Assembly: GCA_013265495.1 (NCBI GenBank)
Contig: MU061050.1
Location: 1,072,307 to 1,136,306 of the forward strand
DNA length: 64,000 nt
DNA from: Vicugna vicugna
Lineage: Eukaryota
Direction: 5' to 3'
The notes beneath the pieces were generated by a model. It was not told the DNA's origin. It saw only the letters and a program-made list of their open reading frames with translations, and made no database searches. Position numbers and translations under genes: made by a program. Every line of letters starts with the position of its first letter. Positions within the stretch are counted from its first letter, which is position 1. This document shows positions 10,493 to 23,660 of this stretch, in pieces.

Positions 10493-13400
10493 AAAGAAGA
10501 ATGAGTGAAAAGTTAGTGGGGAGGGGCTGGAAGGAAGCCTAAGAGTTTGAGGACAAGGACAGCCAGGCTCTCAGAGGCCAGTGGGGTGAAGAGAATGGGG
10601 GATGAAAGCAGAAGGGAACCCTCCAGCCCTGGCGCTTTCTCAGGCTTGTCTGGCTCCCCTTTAAGTGGCTGGTGGGGAGGGAGGGCGTGTGTGCATGCAT
10701 GTGTAAGCGTGTGAAGGTGCCCCGGTAGGACCTACTCTCTGAAGACCTTGCTCAGTCCCCTCTGGCTCCTGGGGAACCAATCAATGCCTCTGAGAGCCCT
10801 CGGGTGACAGTGGACATAAGACCAATGTCAAGAAAGAAAGGGGAGAGTGACTGGGAGGCAGAGAGGGGCTGGTGCTGAGAAGCAGAGCGAGGTCATCCTC
10901 TCACCCCTCCTTCCTGAGCTTCAATTCTCTAGACCCTGGTGGGGGGCACATGGATTGGAGTTTCAATTCCACTCTGCCTGGGGGGAGGGCAGTGGGTGAT
11001 CCCCCTCCTTCCCTCCGTCTCCTCTCTGTAAACAGTCTCCTCCCACCGTGTCATTGTGAGTGTGGACTGCAGCCCAGTGCACCATGTGGGGGAGTTCGGC
11101 CAGGGGGAGAGCTGGAGAAAGAGGGGAGTGGGTAGGGGAAGAGCTAGTGGGGAGTCAGTGGGGTCCCCTACCTGGGGCTGATGGGGCAGGAGAGGAAAGC
11201 CTCTCGTCTTAATTGAGGTGGAGGACTCAGCTGTCACATTCACAGCTACTCTCACCAGGAAATAGGGCAGTGAACAGAGGAAGGGGATCTGCCACATCTG
11301 GCCTGGGGTAGAGGTAGGTAGCAGGAGAGCATTCTCTTTGGTATCTGAGGAAGTCAAGGCATGAACTTGACTGCTCTCTGTCAAGTTATATTAAGTATAC
11401 AAATCTGGGTGAATGAGATTCTTGAAGTTGCGCAGTGCACAGCCTGCAGAGCTGTACAGGAAGGCCCTTTTGGAACCAGTTCAGAGCATCAGAGACCTGT
11501 GGTTTTCATAATGTGAGTTCCTTTCTCTTCGCTCTGCCTGGCCTTAGATTCATACTCCTCGACATAAAACCCTCAATTTGGAGGTGATTTTTGGCTATTT
11601 GTTACCGCTTTCTGGATGCTGATTGACTTGGAGTTTGGGGAACCAGCACTGAGAAGGGGCTTGTGTGTGAGCAGGGGTATGGATGTATTGGGCATTTTCA
11701 GGAGGCCTTGGAGAGTTGGAGTTGTGGAGTCAGAGTCCTGTTTGGATAATTGGCCCGATGCAGTAGCTCCTGGTTCCCGAGTCCAGGCTGGCTGGGTTTA
11801 GGGGCTCCCAGACGGGGCAGGGAAGACTGTAGGGGCAAGTGGGGAAGAGGGAATGATCCTGCCTCACCCAACAGCAGCCCCTTCCCCAGGCGTTCTGCTG
11901 GCCTCTGGCCCACAGGGCCTTCTTTTGTCCCCGCCTTCCTCTCTCCCTCTTCCATCGTCAAAACTCACCCATCCCTTGTCTTTCAAGATCCTGCTCTTTG
12001 ATCTCTGAGATGACTGCCTAATCGGATTTACCAATCTAAATTCCTGCGCTGGTGGCAAATTAACAGGTAATTCCTGAAGCTCTTGAGCCTTTTAACTGGC
12101 CACCAGGCCCTGTCCATCCAAGAGGTGACTGTCAAAGTGGGAGCTTGGGGTGGAGGTGGGGTGGGTGTTTAATTGGGCCCCAGGGGGCTGCTCCATTGCC
12201 CACCCACTCTGCAGTTTGGGGGGGTGGGAGTGCCTGCCTCTCAAAGCTGTGCCCTGTACACTGGGGCTGAGAGAAAGCGCAGCCCTTACATAGTTTTGAG
12301 GAAGATAGAGATTAGATACTGACCGACAAAGTGAAGGGAGCGAGGTGTAGGGGGAGGGCTGCAGAACATGAGAGCATCAAGGAAGGGCACCACAACCAGA
12401 TGTGGGCAGTCAGGGAAGGCTCCCTGTAAGAGGAAACATAATGACCTGTAGGGTGAGGAGGAGATAGCTCGGCAAGAACAAGTCAGAGAGAGAGAAGGTT
12501 GTAAGGGCAGATCCTCCATGTCTCCCAGGAGCCCACCTGGTTCTCCAAGGGCATGTCAGATGGTCCTGTCCATCACCAAGGACCCTGGGACATAATGACT
12601 TTGGGGAGGGTGACTAGTGGGCACTCAAAGACCAGGTGGCTAGGGGCTTCTGGCACCCAGAGGCCTTGTTTGGCTTTGAGTTGTGTGTGCCAGCAAGGGG
12701 GAGCATGGGCTTCGGGGCCCGCTAATCTGCACGGGGTGTGCGGGGGCTTGCCTGTGGTATGTGGGCCCAAGTGGCCCGGGGATTGGAAAGCCAAGCCTCT
12801 CCCGGGCAGCTGGGGGGCGGGGGCTGGGGGGCAGGGTCGCTAAGACCAACTGCGAAATAGCCAGGCTGGCGTTAAATGCCTTTGCTGCTTCTCTCCTCCC
12901 CTCCCGTCCCTCCCTGCCCTCCTGAAAATCAACAACTGTGTCAACAGCGGGGTGATTGTGCTTGGCCGGCAGCCGCCGGGGCTGCCAGGGCTGGGCAGGT
13001 GCTGGCAGAGGCCGCCGAGCCCCACGCTGGGAGCAGGCCGGGTCTGGCTGCCAGGGCTGCAGGATAAACAAGGCCGCACACAGGCTGGCCGGGAGGGAGG
13101 GGGGCCGCAGGCAGGCAGGAGGGAGGACAGGTGTCTCAGGAGAGCTGCGGACACAAAGGGCCTCTTGTCTCCTCCTCCCTGGCCCCAGGGAGCGGCCCCC
13201 CCCCTTCTCTCAGGCCCAGCCCCCAGCCCAGTGACCAGGTCAGCCGGGGGTGCAGGGAGTGAGGGGAGGGCAGGGGCTGACCTCCAGACCCCCTACATCT
13301 TGGTGCTTGTTTTTTCTTGCTTGAGGCAGAGGGAGAACCAGTCCACCCCGAGGCACTTTTGCCCCCGAGGCAGGAGACCTGCCTCTGAACAGATCCAGTG

Positions 13401-13629
13401 GCCACGAGGCCTCTGTGGGTCTCAGTTTCCCTCGCAAAGACAGGAAGACCCTCACCGCTGCTGGGGCACCCAAGGAAGAAATGGATGGGAGTTGGGAAAA
13501 GGACCTGGAGCTTTTCGGAAAAAAGAAGCGCTGAATGTCAGGTGTGACGGCAGGTGGAGTAAGAAACAGGGAGACCTGGGCTGAGGGAGTCCAGGATTTG
13601 TGGTAGAGGTGGTGAGGGTGCAGCAGCAT

Positions 13630-13850
13630 GCCCGTCCCTCTGTACCCCTTACTGAAACAGACCTTTACTGAACCCCTGCCATGTGCCAGGCACTGCACTA
13701 GGAATGGGAGAGGGAAGGAAGGGACAGGCGCAGGGGCAGGCGGACTCTGGAGCCAGACTCCCTGTGTGGTCTTGAGTAAGTAACTTAACCTCTCTGAGTC
13801 TCAGTTTCCTCATCTGTAACATGAGGACGATAAGAGTCACTGCCTCATGG
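13630..13850. mobile_element. MIR/L2 relics
   Basis: ttactgaacccctgccatgtgccaggcactg; cttgagtaagtaacttaacctctctgagtctcagtttcctcatctgtaacatgagg. Confidence 0.75.
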
Positions 13851-16800
13851 GGCTGTCCTGACTGTTAAATGTGTGACGAGATGCCTGGTGTGATGGCTGT
13901 GGTATAGTCCCTGAGAGAGCATCCCGGGCTCAAATCCAGCCTGAGCCTGGGAAGCAGACAGGTAGACAGATAATTGCAGTCCAGTCAAGTGCTGGAGACC
14001 AGGAATGGCCCGGGGCTCTGGAACGCCCTGGAGGGACAATAAACTTTCCTAGGATTATTACGGGGTGATGCCTAAAGGAGGGGCAACATTTGAGCTGGGC
14101 TTTGAATGAGGAATAGGAGTTTTCTGGTCGAGAATATAGAAAGGGCCTTCTAGGCAGGGGCACTGTGTGAGCCGCAGCCAAGAGGAGTGAAGGCACCTGT
14201 TTGCACCTACATTAGGGTCTGGACCACAAGAGTTGGAGGGCAGCCGGGCCGCAAGGCATCCGAGCAGCAGGCGAAGGGGTTCGGGCTCATCCCCAGCCCA
14301 CTCCAGGGTCAGGTGCCAACTTTGCTTGTCACTCAGTATCTTTCTTCTTCCTCCTCCTCACGCAATACATTGTAAGTAACTCAGTCTCACTCACTCTGGA
14401 ATATTCTTCAACTTACAGAGACACGGGATGGTTTGGCGAAAACACCGGGGAGTTTCAGAGGCAGAAAATTCTGGATTTGAAGCTTTTGGATTTTGAACGT
14501 TGACGTTGGGCCACGTGCCTAATTTCTTTGAGCTGCATTTTCCTCACGCATAAAATGGGGGTAATGGCGTCTCGCCCCCGGCAGAGTTATCAGGAGGACG
14601 GGCGCGAGGGTGTGTTACGGGCTGAGATACAGCAATTGTACAGTACACAGGAGCTGTTAGGGCTGCCGTCCGTGTGGTCTTGCCGATACCATACACCTTT
14701 CTGGGCCTCGGTCTCTGTGTCTGTAGGAGGGAAACTGTGGCCTGTCTACTTCCTTCTATGCCCATTTCTTGGGTAGATCAGTCAGGCCAGAGACCCAGGA
14801 CCGGAAGGACTGGCCAGCATTCTTCCCGGGGCACCTGCTGGATTGAGTGGAGGGAGCTGACCTGCAGTGGTCCCAGCCCAGGCGCTGTTCCCCGTGCTGC
14901 AGGCAGTGGGGCCCCCATCCTGCCTTTCCCGCAGGGCCGAAGCCTTCTAGGGGTCCTCTGACATCGCTGTGCTGGTGTTCAAGGAGCCAACGGGCAGCTG
15001 AGGCCAGTGGGCACCAGAGGAGACCAAGGCCCTGGTCTAGACTGTGTGCCCTCAGGCTTGTCACTTTACCTCTCGGAACCTCGCTTTTCCCATCTGCAGT
15101 TGGGAAGGACCATTTGGACCCCTCCCGGGACAAAATGAGAAGGCTACCTTGCTGTGGCCATAGAGTCAGATGAGGATGATGACAGCTACCCTGGTCCTTT
15201 TTGTTGCAGTTTCAAAATCCAGATGCGGAGTCAGATGCTTGGTCACGATCCCGCATCTGTACTTGGTGGTGCCCTCCGCGGTGTGCCTCCTTCCTCCCGG
15301 CTCATCTTAGGGATGCCTCCCTCACAAAACTTGATCAGTTTGAAAGGGCACAGGGTATCTAATGCCTCACTTTGTGGATGAGGAAATTGAGATTTGGAGA
15401 CAGCGACTCGTCCAAGTGGTGGGACCTTCTTAGTTCCCCACGGGCTGTGGGTCCGAAGGGCTGAAGCTGGTCCAGGTGGCACATCTGGGCCACATGGGAA
15501 CCTACTTTGGGACCTTGCTACAGAGTCCCCTGGCCTCCTGCCCTGGCATCCTGCCATTGGTTTGGAGGAATTGGTGATGAGAAGGGCTAGGGGCATCTAG
15601 GGATGTCTGGAGCCCCCTGGGCCTCCCGACGGTTGTGGGGAGCCCATCCCAAGCCCAGATCTGGAAGGATGTTTGCCTTGGCAGAGGGCACCATCCTCCC
15701 CTCCTCCCTCACTTGCCACCTTGGCTGTGCCTAGCATGGCCATAGCCCCATTTTCTCTTCCTCCTCTGTACTCACATTTCTCAGGTGGCCTCAAGGTGAG
15801 GTGAGGCCAAGGAGAGAAGGTGGTGCAAAGGGGAACGCGGGGAGATGGGGCTGAGGATAGACAGTACTCTGGGGGTCCCCTGGCCAGGGGGGCAGATAGC
15901 TTCCTAGGTAGCCCTGGAAACTGCTTGAGTAAGAGAGAGGCAGAAAGAGCAGCAGTGACACTTGGATTTTTCCAAGTGCACATATTTACATATAATTTGC
16001 ATATAACCAATACACCGAACACAATTTTTTAATCTATCCCTAGGCACATTCAGATTTTCCTTTTACGGCTGTTCTTTTCAAAGATGGCTGCTTCTGGCTT
16101 TTTGCTCGTGTCTGGCCTCACTCCTGTTCCGTTTCCTCCCCACCCAGGGGGCTGGTGACCAGGAACAGAGAGGGTCCGCTTCGGGTGAGGCCCACCGTCA
16201 CTCGCCCTCCCTGGGGTGAACATGGAGGGCTGCCCCGCCGCCACCGCCGCTTTTTATCAGGGACACACAGTCCTGTCCGCCCAGTCCCCCGCATCGGGCC
16301 CCAGTGGCCACCCCTCCCCCGTGACGTGTGTCGGGGCACCTTCACACGCAGATGCACAGAGCTCGGCACTTAGCAGGTGCTCAATAAATCTGAGGATAAG
16401 GCAAGATTAGAGACAAGAAGGAACGTTGGAAAACAAAGACATACCCTGTACAGGCTCCTCGGGGCCTGGCTTTTGTGCCCTTGAAGGGAGAGGTTGGTGG
16501 GGAGAGTGAGCCTCGGAGGAAGAGATTGCTCTCCTGGACTGTGGCCAAAGGAGGCATTTCTTCCTCTTCTTGGCCTTGCAGGAAATAGTGTTGGGGATGA
16601 GAGGAGCAGAAAGGAAGGGCCAGGCCTTCTATTATTTTGTTTTTCAGAGTGAGAATCTGTTATTAGCAATTTATGACCACCAGGTCTCCAGCCAAGCACA
16701 TTCTGTTCTCCAGGGTTGGGGGAAGACTCCTAGGGCCACGGCGAGAGGCCGGACAGGAAGGACGAACTGGTCAGCAATGTTATAACTGGCCGTGCGGTGC

Positions 16801-18565
16801 CTTGGCGTGTGCTGGGGGCAGCTTTAGCCTGGGGCCAGTTTGAGCCCAGCCCTGTGTGGGGAGATGCCTTCCCCATATGAACCCCGATGGCTCCCGTGAG
16901 CAGGTGAGTGGGCTCCCCGCTCACATCATGCCTGCTGGGCTGCTGGGTTTTCTTCCTGTGAAACGGGGTCAGGGCAGTGACGCCCAGAGCAGAGTCACTG
17001 CAGCCCTACAAGGAAAGGAGAGCAGCTGTGTGCCAGGAGAACCCCGGAAGAGGGGGAGCGGGCGAGATGACCACCCTGTGGAAAGAATGGTGCAGAAGCA
17101 CAACCCCCTTTTCTGCAGAAGTGCTGAGCTGGTGGAATTTAGCTCAGCGGCCACGAGATCGGGGCAGTAGATAGAGCCCTGCGGGCGCCTGGGCTGCATG
17201 TGTGCAGGTGGCTTTGTGGGGGTCCCGGAAGACGATGGAGAGGGCAGGAGCAGCGTCTGTGGTGCCTCCTCTGCCAGGCTGGCCTCCACGCTTTCCTGGA
17301 CTCATCACCAGTCCCCATTCCTGGAAGCAAGCCCCCTTCCTCCATCCATTCCTCTCGTAAGTTTGGTCTCATTCCTCCCTTGATTTCCCCTCATTCTCCC
17401 CCCAGCTGTTTGGCTTTGACTAGCAGTTGCTACATTAGCCATTTGTCAAGGGGTCAGCACCCCCGAATGGTGGTGCCTGATCCCCCAGGCGCTGCTTCAT
17501 GGCTGGGAGGAGCCCAGGCCACTTTGGGGAGAGCGAACTACTTAAGTGGCTTTTTCTTGAATTCCAGTTATGTCTCCAATCCTGGTGCCGTTGGATGGTT
17601 GTTGAAGGGCAGATGCACTGGAAGGATAAGAAGCTTTTGTGGGACTCTGGAAAGAGCCAGGGCAGAGAACGTAATGCCCTGGCAGAGGGGTGGTGTTGAG
17701 TTGGGGGGGGTTGTTAGGCGGTGAGAGAAGGGGCCTGGCTTCCAGCTGGGAGGTTTGGACTATTATCTTATTATTATCCTCGCACAGCTGATGGCCACTC
17801 AGTCCTGAGGCGGGTTCCTTGTCCTCTGTCCACGGGTTGACATCTTCTTCCCTGGCTGGCTCAAGGCTCTTGCCAGGGCTTCATGAAAGGATGAACTCTG
17901 TTTTGATTCAGCACGGATGAGTTCATTAAATGCATATGGAGCACGAACTCTGTGCCCAGCATCCGACTCAGGGCTCTGCTGGGAACCCCTGCGTCCGCCA
18001 AGACCTCTGTACCAGGTGCTGCGAGGAGCAGCGGTGACTAAGCTAGCAGCCCCGGGCTGAGGAGCCCTGCTGGGGTGGAAAGGGGGCCTTTAGCTCAGGG
18101 TGCAATTAGGCAGAGAGCACCAAGGTCAGAGAGAGCCTTGAATATAGGCCAAGGAGCTGGGACTTTGTTAGCAGTAAGGAACCAGAGAGTGTTTCAGAGA
18201 ATTTTGAGAATGGGTGGCTCCATCATTCAAGATGAAGTTTTTCTCTCATTGTTCTGCAAAAAATTCAAACAGAACTCTCCACTTTTTCTTTCCATTCAAA
18301 GACGTTTGTGCTGCCTTCACTTGTGGTGAACCGTCTGTAATCGAGACAACTTCCCCTTCCCTGTAGGGCCGGGGCTCCCAGGGTGTGGGCCAAGCCTGGG
18401 GATGGCGTGTTCCTTTTCCCGGGCCGCCCTGACCCACACTCATCTCGGCTTAGGCCCCCCGGGGGGTCAAGTGAGTGTGGCCAACTTCCCTGGGATGTGC
18501 CGTTTCCTCAATGAATGAGCAACCTTATTTTGCTCTGGATGGATGACTACTAATCTCTGGATGTC

Positions 18566-18703
18566 TTTTTTTTTTTTCTGGAGTAGGGGGAGGGAGGTAA
18601 TTAGGTTTATTTATTTCTTTATTTTTGGAGGAGGTGCTGGGGATTGAGCCCAGGACCTTGTGCATGCTAAGCACGTGCTCTACCACTTGAGCTATATCTT
18701 CCC
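18566..18703 (-). mobile_element. vic-1-like tRNA-derived camelid SINE with TSD
   Basis: The minus strand reads ggggaagatatagctcaagtggtagagcacgtgcttagcatgcacaaggtcctgggctcaatccccagcacctcc...aataaataaacctaattacctccc + A tail (Pol III A/B boxes); flanked by the direct repeat ctggatgt(c/t)tttt. Confidence 0.85.
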
Positions 18704-18989
18704 CTGGATGTTTTTAAAGGCAGTGATGTGATATATTTCTTAACAAATAAGATTTTCAGGGAATGGATAAGCTTTACCAAGCCCTCATGATGTGAAGGCA
18801 CTGGGTGAGGCGGCAGGAGGAGACCAGACCCTGCCCACAGGGAAGCTGTGATCTCTCTGGGGACTGAGGCGGGATTATGGGACACAGAGCTGCGGTGTGG
18901 GAACAGAGCCTTTCAGCTGAGTTGGCCTGGGCGCCAGGACTAGTTCCATCTCCGTGGGCTTGGATTGGGAGGCTGGATGCAAGGTGAAC

Positions 18990-19170
18990 TCAGACAGACC
19001 CCAGTTTGACTCCTAGCTCTTCTTCTGAGCTGCGTGATTGGTGGCAAATACTAAAACTTTCTTAGAGCCTAGTTTTTTCACCTACAAAGTAGGAAAAGAA
19101 TAATACCTACCTCATAAGGTTAAAAGGATTCAATGAAGTGATGTACGGTGCTTGGTACAGGGCCGGAGTA
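18990..19170 (+). mobile_element. MIR SINE
   Basis: gtttgactcctagctct...cacctacaaagtaggaaaagaataatacctacctcataaggtt. Confidence 0.75.
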
Positions 19171-19419
19171 TAGAAGATTCCAGTAAATGGGAGCTGATAT
19201 TAGCATCGTGGCCATCGTGGTGGTGGTTGCTGGGGCTTGTGATGGGGTGGGGATGGTGTGGCTCTTCTGGGGTCTGCCTGGGTGTGAGGGTAGCCCCTCC
19301 CTTGGGTCATGAGCATGGCTTTTGTAGGGTCTGGGAAACGGAGAGGAGCACCTCTCCAGAGTGTGGTGGGGACAGATTTTGTCGACTATGACACTTCTCT
19401 CACCCTCCCACCATATTCT

Positions 19420-19630
19420 TCCTTCAGATTTGGCACACAGATTCGCTGTGTGACCCTGGCCAAGTTACTTAGCCTCTCTGTGCTTCAGCTTCCGCAACCT
19501 TAAAATGCCACAGACAGTCACACCTGGTATTGAGACGACTGAATAAAAAGGGTTACGTGGAAAGTATTCAGACAGTGTCTGGTACATGGGACTCTTATCC
19601 AGGTATTTGTTGCTGTGGTGGTTGTTATCA
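19420..19630 (+). mobile_element. MIR SINE
   Basis: gctgtgtgaccctggcaagttacttagcctctctgtgcttcagcttcc...aaatg. Confidence 0.75.
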
Positions 19631-22139
19631 GAGTGACCCATGCCCTCAAAGAAACGTGGGCGAGAGCTGCCGCCCCAAGCGTTCCAGGAGCTTGGAGCAG
19701 GGGTGGGGTGTGGGGTGGAGGTGGGCCAGGATGTGCGCCCCAGTGCGTGGACCCCACTGTGCTGGTGCTGGGGAGCGGCCCAGAAAAGGGAGTGAACTTT
19801 TTCACATACTAGCGGCACGCAAGGCATTGCCAGGTAGAGCAGAAATGATGGTTTGTCTCAAAGTGGACAAAGCCTTTTGTCCTTTCCCCAGTGTTGTCCT
19901 GTAAACTGGTCACTAAGGGGACAGTTCTACACCAAGTATAATGGATTTTTGCAACACTGATGAAATTCACATCTGAACTGGCCTCACTTTGAGGCGTGAA
20001 TCCTTTGTGTTCACCGGACGCAACTGCTGGTGAATTTTAAGAATTCACAGTAATAGACAGACTTTGACTAACCTTTGGACTCTGGGTGCTCGGGAGCTGC
20101 CTGCAGGAACCTGGCAGGAAGTGAAGGCTGTCCCCGGGCACCCAGCCCCATGGCAGAGAGGGCTAACTGGGGTTGGGTGTGCCTGTGGGGAAGGTCTTGT
20201 GCTATGGTTTTGGACTTGGAGTCCGGTGGACCTTCAGTGGGATGTTGCCTCCACCTGGTAAAATTCAGGTGCCTCAATTATAAAAATGAGTTTCGTTGCT
20301 GCCGAAAATACCTGCGCGATGCTTGGCTTGTTCTGCTCACTCGAAAAATGGCAGGTGCTGTCACTGTCCCTCTGCTGATTTGGGCTGCAGCCTGGAGGTG
20401 GAAGCCAGGGCCTTAGCAGGACTTCTGTTTCCACAGCATCAAAGACCTTGGAGCCCTTCCCCATTTACAGTTTCATCTCTGGGGGAAGAATTAATTCACT
20501 CCATGTGCAAATGGAAAAACTGAGACCTTGCAAGGTTGGGTGCGGTGTTCCAGGCCCTACAGTGAGTTAAAGGCATCCAGATCCCTCATCCTTGTATGAG
20601 GCCTTTTAAACCACCTAGTGTATGAAGTGCTTTGAAGTGTTTAGGAAATCACTGTGCTGAGGCTCCTAGCAATCTGGCAGTGTATATTTTGACTCCCAAT
20701 TTACAGATAGGAAAACTGAGGCTCAGGGAATTAAGACTTGCCCAGGGCTGCATCCTGATTTTGTGGCAGAACTAGGGCTCGAACTCCGATCTTCTGCTTC
20801 CAAATCATTGCCACTGTGCACTTGGAATTATCACCTGGGCCGGCTATAGCTTCTCTGCAATGATTTTTTTCCCTCTACACAGGTAGGTATGTTAGGGTAG
20901 ATAGTCATGAGGCAGGAGGGAGAGGGTTAAATTCCTTCCTAAGCCACGGAGCTGGGTGCCTCCAGTGACCCCATCATTCACCCTCACCCCCCGGGTCAGG
21001 GCAGCAGGCTGTGGGGGAAGGGAAGCCGAGCTGCTCTAACGGCCCAGTGGGGGCAGAGGGAGGGCCTGGGGAGGCACAGGCAGGCGGGGGGACACTCATC
21101 TCATCCTCTCTGGACAGAGATGCCAGTGGCTTTTTTCGGTTTCCGAAGGAAATCCCCAAGGTTCTCTTCTCGGTGGACTGTCATCAGCATGACCTGCTCT
21201 CTTAATCAGGCCACGGAGCACAGGCTCTTAGAGACACTGGGAACCCTGTGATGTGTTCTCAGGTAAGTGGGAACTGGGTAACTTTTACCAGTAAAGGCAC
21301 CAGTAGTAGAAGATGGAAATGTCCGATGAACCTTAGGGCTGTATGGGACTTTGGTCCCAGCCTGTCACTCGTTGAGTAGGAAAAGGACAGTCCGGGTGGC
21401 CCAAGACGCCAGCATCTGTGGGACAAGCGGATGATCCTGCAGGCTGGGAAGGCCCTCCATCCCCTCTTCTCTCCCCAGGTGGCCCGTACCCCAGTCAGCC
21501 CCCTGTTAGCTCGGACCTTCCACTTTAGAGCAGTTGTTTGAATTACTGTCATCATGTCCTCCTCAGAGGGACCTCGAGAGGCCCAGAGCTGTAGAGTGAC
21601 TTTCCCAGGGTTGCTTAGCAAGCCGGGGGGTGGGGAGCGGGGGTGCTGTTCTAGAAACCAAGCATCAGCCTAGGGCTTGCCTTGAAACTGCCGCCCTAAG
21701 AAGGACATGGGAGGAATGGCAAAGGAAAGGAGCCAGGAAAGCCAAGGAGCCGACTTAAAGGCAGCTAAAGCTCTTCCTCTGTCCCCATCTTCCTGCCGCC
21801 AGATCCCTTGCCCTCCCTGCTGAGGAATCCTAAATACACCTGTCTCTGTGTGGCAGGTGGAAGCCTTCGATTGTTCCTGGAGGTGAGGGAGGCGCTGAGG
21901 GGCCGGCCTTCTAGCTGGTAGGGCAGGTCTGGCACTGTCTGGCTCTGGCTCTTTAGACACTTCAATTAGTGATGTTAATTATGGCTTTGTGAGCATGGGG
22001 TTCTCCGAAGGCAGCTGGTCTCCAGCCGGCCACTCTCCCTGACACCCGGTGTGACATGAGTCCCCCATCTGTGAGTCTGTGTTTGTGCTCTCGCCTCTGT
22101 CCATCTGCAGATTAAAGGCCCCGTGAAAGTGTACATTAT

Positions 22140-22990
22140 TAGCAATTTCTCATTCTCTATTTTTTTTTGTGGTAAGGTATACAACAACAAAATTTTATCA
22201 ATTTAACCATTTTTAATTGTATAGTTCAGGGGCATTAAGTACATTCACATGGTGCAGCCCTCACTGCCGTCCATCTCCAGAACTTCGCATCATCTCAATC
22301 TGAATCTCTGTTCCCATTAAACAGTAACTCCCCGCTGCCCCTCTCCCCAGCCCCTAGTATCCTCTACTTTACTTTCTGTCTCTATGAATTTATTCCACAT
22401 ACCTCATATAAGCAGAGTCCTCTNNNNNNNNNNNNNNNNNNNNNNNNNNNNNNNNNNNNNNNNNNNNNNNNNNNNNNNNNNNNNNNNNNNNNNNNNNNNN
22501 NNNNNNNNNNNNNNNNNNNNNNNNNNNNNNNNNNNNNNNNNNNNNNNNNNNNNNNNNNNNNNNNNNNNNNNNNNNNNNNNNNNNNAACCCAGGACCTCAT
22601 GCATGCTAAGCCTGCACCCNNNNNNNNNNNNNNNNNNNNNNNNNNNNNNNNNNNNNNNNNNNNNNNNNNNNNNNNNNNNNNNNNNNNNNNNNNNNNNNNN
22701 NNNNNNNNNNNNNNNNNNNNNNNNNNNNNNNNNNNNNNNNNNNNNNNNNNAGTGCCGTATGAGCCGTGGGAACACTCTCTTCCAGGCCCTGCCCTCACTT
22801 CTTTCAGGGTATAGACCCAGAGGGGGAATTTTGGGTCATATGATTATTCTCTGTTTCAGTTTCTGAGGAACCGCCATGTTATTTTCCACAGCAGCTGTCT
22901 TGTTGCCAACACTTCTTTTTCCCTTTTCTTTTAAGTAATAGCCATTTTATAATGTGAGTGAACTGGCATCTCATTGTGGTTCCCCATCAT
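22140..22990 (-). mobile_element. L1M (L1MA/MB-type) 3' region interrupted by two gaps and a SINE fragment
   Basis: ttaaccatttttaattgtatagttcaggggcattaagtacattcaca...ccatctccagaactt...ctttctgtctctatgaattt; resumes after the gaps with tatagacccagagggggaattttgggtcatatg. Confidence 0.8.
22424..22750. other. Two assembly gaps (22424-22585, 22620-22750) flanking a 34-bp vic-1-like SINE fragment (22586-22619, minus strand)
   Basis: N runs; the island aacccaggacctcatgcatgctaagcctgcaccc matches the SINE core. Confidence 0.9.
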
Positions 22991-23329
22991 CTTAAGGGGA
23001 AGTCAGGCCCCAAGAAACACTGAGACGTGCCCTCCCCATTGCAGACGCCATCAGGCCCTGGGCTTGTGCTTCCGGGCCTCCCTCGTGGCCTCCATCCGCC
23101 GTCCTGTACCCCCTTTGCTACACTGTCCCATCACGAGGAGGCAGATGAGGTCCTTCCGCCACCTTGTTCTGCCTGCTGATTGTGAGGGCCCTTTCCTTGC
23201 CATCTGTCACTGGAGCAGAATGGCCCTGACCCACCGAAAGTGCCTGGAGGGTGGATGACCTTGGGGGTGAAGAGGAGATTTCAGCAATATGCGATTTAAA
23301 GAGTTGAACTGTTTCAACCATGGGCATTG

Positions 23330-23660
23330 GATAAAGTAAATTATTGTAGATGCCTTGGAGGAGATGTGCAGCCATGGCAAATGGCTTTATAAAGAATTTG
23401 TAATAATTTCTGATTTTTAGTAACGTGAGAACTTCTCCTGATATACTGTTAAGTGGGGAGGGCGAGGAATAGTATAAAACCTTGCTTATGAGCTCAACGA
23501 TGAAAAAGAAAAAACCTTGCATAGAAAAAAGATTTATGTGATGGAAAAATATGCCAAATTGTTATCAGCTGCCACCTCTGGATTGATGGGAAATGAGAGA
23601 CTAATTTTTTTGTCTTCTTTATGTTATCCTAAATTTTGCAGATTTTCTGCAATGAGCACA
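23330..23660 (+). mobile_element. Old L1 (L1ME-type) 3' fragment
   Basis: atatactgttaagtgggg...tagaaaaaagatttatg...ggaaaaatatgccaaattgtta...gccacctctggatt. Confidence 0.55.
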
